Positions 20,197 through 28,645 of a stretch of DNA of 64,000 nt are shown here, piece by piece. The translations under genes and the position numbers were made by a program. Source of the DNA: a virus; IMG/VR virus record IMGVR_UViG_3300022848_000777, positions 32,001 to 96,000 of that record. One strand, 5' to 3'. The first letter of the stretch is position 1, and each line of letters starts with the position of its first letter. A model generated the notes under the pieces. The model was not told where the DNA came from and made no database searches. It saw only the letters and a program-made list of their open reading frames with translations.

Positions 20197-22149
20197 ATGG
20201 CATATCAGAACGTATTTTATGATAGTGATACTAGAATAATTCATTCATGGGATGATGTTCTTGGTTACGAAACGAGTAAGTATTCACCATATGCATACGT
20301 AAGAGATGGTAATGGTGCGCATACTTCAATATATGGTGATAGGGTTAAGAAAGTAACCTATTGGAAAGATTACAATCCTAATGATCTATTTGAATCTGAT
20401 GTAAATGAAATTACTAGATTTCTAATAGATAAGTATGGGGAATCTGATGAAGTATCTAAAAATCATTGTACACTTACATTTGATATTGAGGTAGAAATGA
20501 ATTCAGGTTTACCCGATACCACTAAAGCTGAAAATGAAGTAACTGCAATAGCATTTCACGATTCTATAACAAATGACAAAGGTGTTTATGTAGTTCATAC
20601 GGGTAAAGAAATTGATAGGAAAATAAAAGGTGCTAATGTAAAATCCTTTAACACTGAGGCTGATATGCTATCTGCATTTTTAAATAAATGGGTAGATATA
20701 TCGCCAACAATAGTGACGGGTTGGAATATTGATTACTTTGATGTTACATATCTTTACAACCGATTGTGTAATGTATTCTCAACGACTGAGGCTAACAGAT
20801 TGTCACCAATTGGTAAAATAAAGTATAATAAATATAGAAAACGTTACCTTATAGCAGGTGTATCTTGTTTAGATTATATGGCATTGTTTAAAAACTTCAC
20901 ATACACAGAACACCCGAATTATAGACTTGATACTATAGCAACTTTAGAGTTAGGTCGTGGTAAGATTGAATATGATGGTAACTTAGATCAATTATTCAGA
21001 GATGATATTGAAAAGTTTATTGAATATAACCTAGTCGATGTTGAGTTGGTTGTTGATTTAGATAAGAAGTTACAGTTTATTGATTTGGCAAGGGCAATAT
21101 GCCACACAGGCCATGTTGCTTATGAGGATTTTCTTTTCTCTTCAAAGTGGTTAGAGGGGGCTATGCTCACATTTCTACGTAGAAGTGGTAGGGTTGCACC
21201 GAATAAACCCAATAGAGTTTCACTAAAGATAAACTCAGGTAAAAAAGGTGAAAATCGAATCTATTTAGAGAATTTACCGAATCTAACACCCCGATCAGGG
21301 AAACTAAAGATTTGGAAATCGAAATCATCTAAGATATCAGTAGAGTATGATGATATTGATTTCTCTACCAATTCATTTATATTGAAGCACCCATTAAAGG
21401 AAACCTTAAAAAAAGAATGGATACTTAAACTTGATTTTGAGGGGGCTTATGTAAAAGAACCAAAACCAGGACTATATAAATGGGTATATGATTTAGATTT
21501 AACATCAATATATCCCTGTATCATTATGACTATTAACATATCACCCGAAACTCAAGTGGGTAATATAACAAATTATTCCACAGAGGCTTATATGCGGCAT
21601 GATATTTCTAAGTTTGAAATAACAGATATTCATGGTAATATATCAGATCCGATGGATAGGGTTGAGTATGATGCATTCATTACAAAGATGAATCTAAGTG
21701 TAGCTGCTAATGGTACATTATACGACCAAAGTAAAGTTGGTATAATTCCTGAAATTTTGAATGTTTGGTTCGACAAGAGAGTTGAATATAAAGATTTGAT
21801 GAAGAAGTTCGGAAAAGCAGGTGATGATGATAAGTATAAATTTTACAATCAACGGCAATCCGTGCAGAAGATTATGCTCAATTCCCTTTATGGTGTACTT
21901 GGTTTGGAGTCATTTAGATTCTATAATGTGAAAAACGCGGAAGCGGTAACACTTACAGGGCAGACTGTAATTAAAACCACTGAGTTAATAGCTAATAATT
22001 ATTATAATAGTGTAACGGGCGATGCTTATGTAATTCAATTAGAAAATGGTGAAACTGTTAGTATGGGTGGTAATCTACCTGTTACGTTAACTAATGGAAT
22101 GATAAAGAAAGTTTCAGAATTAACAGAAGAAGATGATGTTTTATTATAA
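20197..22149 (+). CDS. Family B DNA polymerase, N-part (exonuclease, motifs A and B) with Hint-like C-terminal tail
   Basis: FDIE, GWNIDYFD, YNLVDV, DLDLTSIYP, KIMLNSLYG, VTLTGQ; lacks YxDTDS. Confidence 0.93.
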   Translation: MAYQNVFYDSDTRIIHSWDDVLGYETSKYSPYAYVRDGNGAHTSIYGDRVKKVTYWKDYNPNDLFESDVNEITRFLIDKYGESDEVSKNHCTLTFDIEVEMNSGLPDTTKAENEVTAIAFHDSITNDKGVYVVHTGKEIDRKIKGANVKSFNTEADMLSAFLNKWVDISPTIVTGWNIDYFDVTYLYNRLCNVFSTTEANRLSPIGKIKYNKYRKRYLIAGVSCLDYMALFKNFTYTEHPNYRLDTIATLELGRGKIEYDGNLDQLFRDDIEKFIEYNLVDVELVVDLDKKLQFIDLARAICHTGHVAYEDFLFSSKWLEGAMLTFLRRSGRVAPNKPNRVSLKINSGKKGENRIYLENLPNLTPRSGKLKIWKSKSSKISVEYDDIDFSTNSFILKHPLKETLKKEWILKLDFEGAYVKEPKPGLYKWVYDLDLTSIYPCIIMTINISPETQVGNITNYSTEAYMRHDISKFEITDIHGNISDPMDRVEYDAFITKMNLSVAANGTLYDQSKVGIIPEILNVWFDKRVEYKDLMKKFGKAGDDDKYKFYNQRQSVQKIMLNSLYGVLGLESFRFYNVKNAEAVTLTGQTVIKTTELIANNYYNSVTGDAYVIQLENGETVSMGGNLPVTLTNGMIKKVSELTEEDDVLL

Positions 22150-22156
22150 TTAATAC

Positions 22157-22164
22157 TACTTATA
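22157..22164 (+). promoter_or_regulatory. Putative late promoter TACTTATA upstream of endonuclease
   Basis: Recurrent motif. Confidence 0.5.
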
Positions 22165-22187
22165 TATAGAAACGGGGGTATCAACGT

Positions 22188-23015
22188 ATGATTGAATGTA
22201 AAATATGTAATAAGAAGTATAACACCATCACAGCAACTCATTTAAAGACACATGGTATTAGTATGGCAGATTATCGAACTAAATTTCCCAATGTACCAAT
22301 CCAATCAGATGGGATGATTCAGAGGGGAGTTCACTCATTAGAAAATATGATACGAAGGCATGGTGATGTTCAAGGTAATATTAGATGGGAAGATTATAAA
22401 CAAAAACAGGCGTATACGAATACATTTGAATACAAACGTGATATTTGTGGTTGGGATGAGGATCAGTTCAATGCGTATAATAAAAAGAGAGGTAGTTTTG
22501 GTGAGTTGAATGGTAATCATGGGTCATCGTATTATCAGATTTGGATTGAAAAGTATGGTAGAGATGTGGCAGATGATATGAATTTTCAGTTATCTAAACG
22601 TAAAGCTAGACATGGTGAAGATAATGGTAACTATAAGAGATCAAAAAGACCTGATGAACTGAAACGAATGAGTGTATCTGCAATAGAGCGTGTAAAACGT
22701 AATGGGATGCCACATTCATATAATCCAAATTCAATTCCAATTATAGAACGGTATGGGTTGGATAATGGATATACATTTCAGCATGCTGAAAATGGTGGTG
22801 AGTATCAAATACCAGATAATACGTTTTTTGTAGATGGGTATGATAGATCAAATAATGTAGTGATTGAATATGATGAACAACGACATTTTAGAAACGGAGA
22901 ATTGCATCCAAAAGATATATGGAGAATGAACTTGATTATATCGAAATTAAAGTGTGTGTTTGTAAGAATCGATTATAAGGGCAATATAACAAAATATGAA
23001 AATAAAAACAATTAA
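22188..23015 (+). CDS. Free-standing homing endonuclease, N-terminal C2H2/MucR-like finger plus PD-(D/E)XK domain
   Basis: CKIC...HLKTHGIS..DY..KFP; G.xNGN repeats; FVDGYD...VVIEYDE..H; sits between PolB halves. Confidence 0.85.
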   Translation: MIECKICNKKYNTITATHLKTHGISMADYRTKFPNVPIQSDGMIQRGVHSLENMIRRHGDVQGNIRWEDYKQKQAYTNTFEYKRDICGWDEDQFNAYNKKRGSFGELNGNHGSSYYQIWIEKYGRDVADDMNFQLSKRKARHGEDNGNYKRSKRPDELKRMSVSAIERVKRNGMPHSYNPNSIPIIERYGLDNGYTFQHAENGGEYQIPDNTFFVDGYDRSNNVVIEYDEQRHFRNGELHPKDIWRMNLIISKLKCVFVRIDYKGNITKYENKNN

Positions 23016-23909
23016 AAAAACAAACGTCGGCGTAGATTACAACATCTACGTCGACACGTAACTGATTCAGTATTTTATGAAGCAGCTCCATTGGTTAAGG
23101 CTAGAAATCCTAAAATCGATGTTAATTCTGATGAAGAAATGATACCTGCCATTCTTAGTGTTGCAAAAGAAGTGCAAGATCACATCAATAAAACATATGA
23201 TGTGATGGCTAAATCCATGTTTAATACCAGTAACCATAGATTTGACATAAAGCAAGAAACAATCGCAAAGGGTGGATTTTGGGTATCTAAAAAACGATAC
23301 GCTCAGTGGATTATAAATGATAACTCTGTTAATTGTGATAAGTTGGATGTAAAGGGGTTAGATGTAAAACGAAGTTCATTTCCTGTATACTTTAAGGAAG
23401 TGATGTCTGAAATATTATGGTCTATTCTAAAAGATGATGCGAAATTGAACATCGATAAAAAGATATTAGATTATAAAGATGGTATGGAAAATTACTACTA
23501 TGTTGATATTGCAAAGAATTCAGCAATTACGGATATGAGTAAGCATTTATTTAAAAACCAAGCTCTTGGTGAGTTTCAAAAGGGAACACCCGCTCACGTT
23601 AAAGCAGCAATAACTTATAATCAATTATTAAAAAAGTTCAATACTGCTTTTAAATACGAACCAATTAAAGATGGTGATAAGGTTAAATGGGTGTATTTAA
23701 AGAATAATCCATTGGGATTGAATGGGGTTGCATTGAATGGGTATAATGATCCTGATGAAATAATTGAGTTCATTAAAACCTACATAGATTTCGAATTAAT
23801 TTGGGAAAAAGAACTTCAAAATAAATTAGATGATTTCTATGATGCAATGAAATGGGATTTACCAAACCCAAACTTAGATAAAGCAGCAGAGTTTTTCGAC
23901 TTTAATTAG
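22996..23909 (+). CDS. Family B DNA polymerase, C-part; needs a +5 nt skip (net frame change) at 23056-23063
   Basis: 22996..23061 encodes MKIKTIKKTNVGVDYNIYVDT*; another frame from 23061 reads TDSVFYEAAPL...SKKRYA...KGLDVKRS; together they give YVDTDS. Confidence 0.85.
23026..23055 (+). other. 12-bp RNA hairpin ending immediately before the ACG-TAA break
   Basis: GTCGGCGTAGAT / TACAAC loop / ATCTACGTCGAC: 11 Watson-Crick pairs plus 1 G-U. Confidence 0.85.
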
Positions 23910-23936
23910 GATAATCGAAAATAAATTCGTATATTG
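23906..23936 (+). promoter_or_regulatory. Class B promoter TTAGG-N19-TATATTG
   Basis: Motif upstream of clamp. Confidence 0.7.
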
Positions 23937-23957
23937 TATAAAATAAACAAATTATAA

Positions 23958-24668
23958 ATGGATAAAAAGACAATTGAAAACTTTATAAACCGATATAGTA
24001 TTGGTGGTGAGGTAGAATCAGTTACAATAAAAGTTGATTCAGACAAAATGAGTGTAAATTTCATATCAGATGATAAAACATTATTAGGAACTGTTACCTC
24101 TGATGTAGTGGGCTTTCCCGATGGTGAGTTCAGTATATACACAACATCGCAACTTAAAGCTATGTTAAATATTCTTGAATCTAGCATAACCGTTGGTAGT
24201 AAAGTTAATGAGGCGAGTAAAGAGGCATTCATTAAGTTCTCAGATAAATCTACATCTGTTACTTATATGTTATGTGAGCCATCTGTAATTCCAGTAGTAC
24301 CACCTTTGAAGGCAATTCCTGATTTTGAGGTAAAAATTGACATAGATGATGATTTCATTTCTAAGTACACCAAAGCTAAATCGGGTATCAGTTCTGATAA
24401 GTTTACTTTCATTCGAAATGAAAAAGATGCTGAAATCGTTTTAGGTTACTCATCACGGAATACAAACCGTGTATCAATTCAGATTGATTGTAAATGTGCC
24501 ACTGATGTAGATCCAATTTCATTTTCTTCAAATTATCTTAAAGAAATATTGACATCAAATCGAGGTTCTAAATCAGCAACAATGGAAATATCCACTAAGG
24601 GGCTGTGTAGGCTTGTATTTAAAACAGATGAAATTGAGAGTACCTATCTATTAGTTCAAATGAAATAG
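23958..24668 (+). CDS. Sliding clamp (gp45/PCNA-like)
   Basis: 236 aa, beta-rich, between PolB and clamp loader; FSSNYLKEIL..ISTKGL C-terminal pattern. Confidence 0.75.
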   Translation: MDKKTIENFINRYSIGGEVESVTIKVDSDKMSVNFISDDKTLLGTVTSDVVGFPDGEFSIYTTSQLKAMLNILESSITVGSKVNEASKEAFIKFSDKSTSVTYMLCEPSVIPVVPPLKAIPDFEVKIDIDDDFISKYTKAKSGISSDKFTFIRNEKDAEIVLGYSSRNTNRVSIQIDCKCATDVDPISFSSNYLKEILTSNRGSKSATMEISTKGLCRLVFKTDEIESTYLLVQMK

Positions 24669-24675
24669 AAGATAT

Positions 24676-25887
24676 ATGGAGTTTTGGGATAGTACGCCAG
24701 ACAAACCTGAGTTTGTTTTTGAAGATCAAAAGAGGTTGTTAATTGAGAATATGGATTACTTATCCACTATGACGGTAGAGGAACAAACTCTATACAAAAA
24801 GTGGGTAGAGTTGCAAGAGGAAGTAATGATGGTTAATAAATCTCATATTACTGAATTATACGATTCACAATGGAATCCTACTGACATCAATGACGTTGAA
24901 CAAACGGTAAAAGAAATTGAAAATATTGATCCGTATGTTCAAATCGTAGATGATCCGAATGATTCAACTCAATGGTCTTATCTTAGAAAAATGATTCATT
25001 CTATGAGTTTTGTAGCAAATCCAGGCCGCAACGTTAAAGTTAATGTAAAGGATAGGGTTAGTGGTAAACTGTTAGGTCAGATATCATTAGCATCTGATGT
25101 TACTTCAATGGCGGCACGGGATAATTACATAGGGTGGACACGTGATGATCGGTTTAAGAAAGGTAAGTTAAACCACACATCTATAGCATCAACTATAGTA
25201 TGTACTCAACCGTTGGGTTATAACTTTTTGGGTGGTAAACTTATCGCAGCTATGGCTACTGTTTCAGAGATTCGTGATTATTGGAAATCTAATTACGGTC
25301 AAACTTTGATAGCAGTGGGTACTACATCTCTATATGGAATACATTCGCAGTATAATGGTATACCACATTTCAAAACAGTTGGGGAATCTGCAGGTAAGAT
25401 ATCAATTAAACCTGATGATAAGTTCTACGATCCGTGGCATCAGTGGTTAAAAGAAAACCATAGTGAGTGGTATGAGACAAATATAACCGAAGAAAGAGCA
25501 CGTAATGGTGAAAGTATGGGTTATGATCGAAATGGGCCTGTGAGTGGTATTAAACAAAAGATACTATCAAAAATACTTAAAGAGTGTGGTATCAAACAAT
25601 CTGAATATCATCATGGATTTCATAGGGGGGTGTATTTGGCAATGATGTATGATAATGGGAATGAATTTCTTTGTGATACAATCAATGAAGATGATTTGGT
25701 AATGAAGAAGAAGTTTATCGAAGGTATTGATTATATTACTAAATGGTGGAAGCCAAAAGCAATACGCAGATATAAGAAATTACATTCAGAGGGTAGATTG
25801 AAACCAGATCATCTATTTTATGGTGATGGTATTGGAAAGGATTGGGAGACATTTAAAAAAGAACGGTTAAAAGAAATAGGTAGATGA
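24676..25887 (+). CDS. DUF4338 / DruA-like protein
   Basis: PGRNVK, GQISLASD..ARDNYIGW, QPLGYNFLGGKLIA, TTSLYG..SQY. Confidence 0.7.
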   Translation: MEFWDSTPDKPEFVFEDQKRLLIENMDYLSTMTVEEQTLYKKWVELQEEVMMVNKSHITELYDSQWNPTDINDVEQTVKEIENIDPYVQIVDDPNDSTQWSYLRKMIHSMSFVANPGRNVKVNVKDRVSGKLLGQISLASDVTSMAARDNYIGWTRDDRFKKGKLNHTSIASTIVCTQPLGYNFLGGKLIAAMATVSEIRDYWKSNYGQTLIAVGTTSLYGIHSQYNGIPHFKTVGESAGKISIKPDDKFYDPWHQWLKENHSEWYETNITEERARNGESMGYDRNGPVSGIKQKILSKILKECGIKQSEYHHGFHRGVYLAMMYDNGNEFLCDTINEDDLVMKKKFIEGIDYITKWWKPKAIRRYKKLHSEGRLKPDHLFYGDGIGKDWETFKKERLKEIGR

Positions 25888-25952
25888 TGGATTATAGAGA
25901 AATACATGGTGATTTGATTAAATTAGCAGAAGAAGGAAATTATGACAAATAA
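25884..25952 (+). pseudogene. Remnant N-terminus of a macro-domain-like gene
   Basis: MMDYREIHGDLIKLAEEGNYDK*, ATGA-coupled; resembles the start of phage macro-domain proteins. Confidence 0.45.
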
Positions 25953-26874
25953 TAATGAACATTCACTTTTTGTGGAAAAGTATCGTCCTGATACATTAGA
26001 TGGTTACGTTGGTAATGAAACCATACTACAAAAAGTCAGAGGGTATATTAAGAATGAAGATGTACCACATCTACTTCTATATGGTGGTGCAGGTACGGGT
26101 AAAACCACATTAGCAAAAATCATTACAAACTCAATTGATTGTGATGTGATGTATATTAACGCATCTGATGAAAACAACGTAGATACTGTTAGAGATAAGA
26201 TCCGTGGCTTCGCATCATCAATGGGATTTAGAACATGGAAAGTTATCATATTAGATGAATCTGATTATCTAACACCAAATGCACAAGCTGCATTACGGAA
26301 TCTAATGGAAACCTTTTCAAGAACAACGAGATTTATTTTGACTTGTAATTATGTTGAAAAGATAATTGATCCAATTCAGAGTAGATGTCAGACATTTGGA
26401 ATCATACCACCATCAAAGGCAGAGGTAGCTAAACGATTGAAAGACATTCTTGATACTGAGAAAGTATCATATCAGATGGAAGATTTGGCAACCTTAGTTA
26501 ATAGTGGGTATCCTGATATTAGAAGAGTATTAAACTCAGCACAACGACAAATTGTAGATGGTGAAATTCAGATAGATAAGCAATCAACTATACAGGCTAA
26601 CTATATGGGTGAGGTGATATCTGAATTAAAATCCAGTAGTGATACTAAGGTATGTTTTATGAACATACGTAAGATAATTGCAGATTCGAAGGTAAGAGAT
26701 TTTACACCATTCTATAGTTTCTTATATCAGAACGTAGATGAATATGCAAACGGTAAGGTGGGTAATACTATCCTAAAAATAGCAGATGGTCAATATAAAG
26801 AATCTGCCGTTGTCGACAAAGAGATAGCTATCATGGCTATGTTACTCGAAATTATAATAGATATAAAATCATAA
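25942..26874 (+). CDS. Clamp loader AAA+ subunit (gp44/RFC-small)
   Basis: VEKYRP, GGAGTGKT, NASDE, LDESD, QAALRN, SRC. Confidence 0.95.
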   Translation: MTNNNEHSLFVEKYRPDTLDGYVGNETILQKVRGYIKNEDVPHLLLYGGAGTGKTTLAKIITNSIDCDVMYINASDENNVDTVRDKIRGFASSMGFRTWKVIILDESDYLTPNAQAALRNLMETFSRTTRFILTCNYVEKIIDPIQSRCQTFGIIPPSKAEVAKRLKDILDTEKVSYQMEDLATLVNSGYPDIRRVLNSAQRQIVDGEIQIDKQSTIQANYMGEVISELKSSSDTKVCFMNIRKIIADSKVRDFTPFYSFLYQNVDEYANGKVGNTILKIADGQYKESAVVDKEIAIMAMLLEIIIDIKS

Positions 26875-26891
26875 ACAAAAAAAGTAAAATT

Positions 26892-27071
26892 ATGGAACCA
26901 CAAACACAATCGGAAATAACATTCCAAGAAATGAAAGCTCTATTCGAAGCATTTGAAAAAGAGCATTACGGTACAACAAAAGCATCGAAAGGTAGGGCTA
27001 GAAAACACATTGGTGAATTGAAGAAGTTAGTAACTGATTATAGAAAAGAATCTGTAAATGAATCAAAATAA
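26892..27071 (+). CDS. Histone H1-like Hc1-family nucleoid protein (59 aa, not in track)
   Basis: MEPQ...TTKASKGRARKHIGELKKLVTDYRKESV, matching the KAAxxRARK..ELxK...xRK pattern. Confidence 0.7.
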   Translation: MEPQTQSEITFQEMKALFEAFEKEHYGTTKASKGRARKHIGELKKLVTDYRKESVNESK

Positions 27072-27322
27072 TGGGTAAACTTATAGATATGAATGGTGGT
27101 AACGGGTCGGAGTTACCACCAACTAAGTTAGATCCGACGAAATTGGAGACATTGAAATGTTCTAATTGTGATGGTATATTTTTTGAGGAAGTTACATTGT
27201 TCAAAAGAGTACCCGCTATGCAATCACCAAATGGGCAGAAATCAATGTTACCAATTCCAATGATTATTTGCAAGCAGTGTGGGCAACCGCATGAAGATTT
27301 ATCACCAATTAATCTAATCTAA
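27071..27322 (+). CDS. Small zinc-ribbon protein
   Basis: CSNC...CKQCG. Confidence 0.7.
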   Translation: MGKLIDMNGGNGSELPPTKLDPTKLETLKCSNCDGIFFEEVTLFKRVPAMQSPNGQKSMLPIPMIICKQCGQPHEDLSPINLI

Positions 27323-27771
27323 TGGGTGCTAAATCCACAGTGAAGAAACCCCGTAGTATATTTCAGCACCTCTCAGGAATAAAAGAGCAGAAAGTAAAGT
27401 GGGATACCCTAACCGAAATGGATAGGAAATCATTCTCACCATTCATTATTAATAGATCGATTTCCATGAATATGGATTATCTGCCAATTATAAATGAGTT
27501 GCAGAAATATACTATAGGGTTATTAAAGCCACGTGAGGTTTATAAGTTGTATTTGGATTTCCTACCTAAGAAGAAAACATTTGATAAGTACATCAAAGGT
27601 GATAAATCTGAGAAATACAATAAAGATTTATTGATGTACTTATCCAAATGGTATGGTGTATCTCAACGTGAAACTATTGATTATTTGGGTATCTTATCTA
27701 AAGATGCGGTGATTGAAATTGTAATGAAATATGGATTGAGTAATAAAGAAGCTAAAAAGTTATTAAAATGA
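27322..27771 (+). CDS. Clamp loader small subunit (gp62-like)
   Basis: FSPFIINRSIS..YLPIINEL..LSKWYGVS; context. Confidence 0.7.
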   Translation: MGAKSTVKKPRSIFQHLSGIKEQKVKWDTLTEMDRKSFSPFIINRSISMNMDYLPIINELQKYTIGLLKPREVYKLYLDFLPKKKTFDKYIKGDKSEKYNKDLLMYLSKWYGVSQRETIDYLGILSKDAVIEIVMKYGLSNKEAKKLLK

Positions 27772-27989
27772 AAGATAAAGAAATTGAAAAAACAATTGAA
27801 TACGCTAGAAGTAGAATTAGAAGTTTTACAAATGAAATTCAAAGTAATTTAAACAATACTAATCCTACAGATTCGACGTATGTCACCACAGGATATTTAC
27901 TTGATGAACTTGCTAGATATGATGCACACATACAGATGATGAATAAATATATCATCAACGGAAATACAAAACAACTATTAAATGGATAA
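27768..27989 (+). CDS. Hypothetical protein
   Basis: Overlapping, coupled ORF. Confidence 0.6.
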   Translation: MKDKEIEKTIEYARSRIRSFTNEIQSNLNNTNPTDSTYVTTGYLLDELARYDAHIQMMNKYIINGNTKQLLNG

Positions 27990-28383
27990 TATGATAAATG
28001 AACGTAATAATGGTATAATCATTGCTGACACAGAGGATGGTTTTTCAGTTTCACCAATGGTGGAGTGTGCAACTAGATACCCGTTAATGACAGAAGAATT
28101 CCGCAAAATTCAACAAGAACAATATGAATTATTTTGTAGAAAATCCTTAAATTATGGCACAGGAAACATATCTTTAGGAAGTACACTTGAAACATCTGAT
28201 GATGTTAAATTATCATTGACTGGTATTTGGTTTAGGATGCAAGATAAAATAAACCGATTAAAGCAATTGGTAGTGTTATCAAAAGATGATTTAGTAGGTG
28301 AATCGTTAGAAGACACCTATAGTGATTTATCAAACTATAGTATTATTTCTCAGATAGTAGGAAGGGGTAAGTGGGGTAAGTAA
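27982..28383 (+). CDS. DUF1599 / nucleotide-modification-associated domain protein
   Basis: K..NYG, RMQDKINRL, ESLEDTYSDLSNYSII. Confidence 0.75.
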   Translation: MDNMINERNNGIIIADTEDGFSVSPMVECATRYPLMTEEFRKIQQEQYELFCRKSLNYGTGNISLGSTLETSDDVKLSLTGIWFRMQDKINRLKQLVVLSKDDLVGESLEDTYSDLSNYSIISQIVGRGKWGK

Positions 28384-28407
28384 TTAATAAATTTTTAACA
28401 TTAAAAG

Positions 28408-28438
28408 CTTGGTATATCCAGGCTTTTTTTGTATATTG
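28408..28438 (+). promoter_or_regulatory. Class B promoter overlapping an inverted repeat (possible terminator)
   Basis: CTTGG-N19-TATATTG within aaagcttgg..ccaggcttttttt. Confidence 0.65.
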
Positions 28439-28453
28439 TATGCACATATAATT

Positions 28454-28645
28454 ATGAAGAAGGTTGAAATAATAGGAAAGGAATTTGCATTAGATTTGAG
28501 CAATTCATCGCCAGTTTTAGTAAAAGTTAAGGATATTACCGATACTATTGTTATCGTTGAATATTTAAATTCAACATACGGAAGAACTGAGACGTTCTTA
28601 ATATCTGATTTTGAATATTTAGCAATGATTAAAATTCAATTATGA
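28454..28645 (+). CDS. Hypothetical protein
   Basis: ATG 28454 after promoter (track start lies inside the promoter). Confidence 0.6.
   Translation: MKKVEIIGKEFALDLSNSSPVLVKVKDITDTIVIVEYLNSTYGRTETFLISDFEYLAMIKIQL

Noticed and set aside
22009-22149. Functional PolB intein (SVTGD resembles pol-c intein starts)
   Set aside because: Wrong position (not after YxD), no block B His, and no terminal Asn plus nucleophile in the downstream piece
23013-23020. -1 frameshift at the A7 run, or readthrough of the endonuclease stop, to reach the PolB C-frame
   Set aside because: Would give RRRRLQHLRRHVTDS and lose the conserved Y and first D of YxDTDS
23056-23066. Group I/II intron at the PolB break
   Set aside because: Only 5 nt are extra, with no room for a ribozyme core; a U|...G| excision gives DTYS, not DTDS
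23091-23909. Track ORF with TTG start as the complete PolB C-subunit
   Set aside because: It would lack the catalytic DTDS, which is encoded upstream
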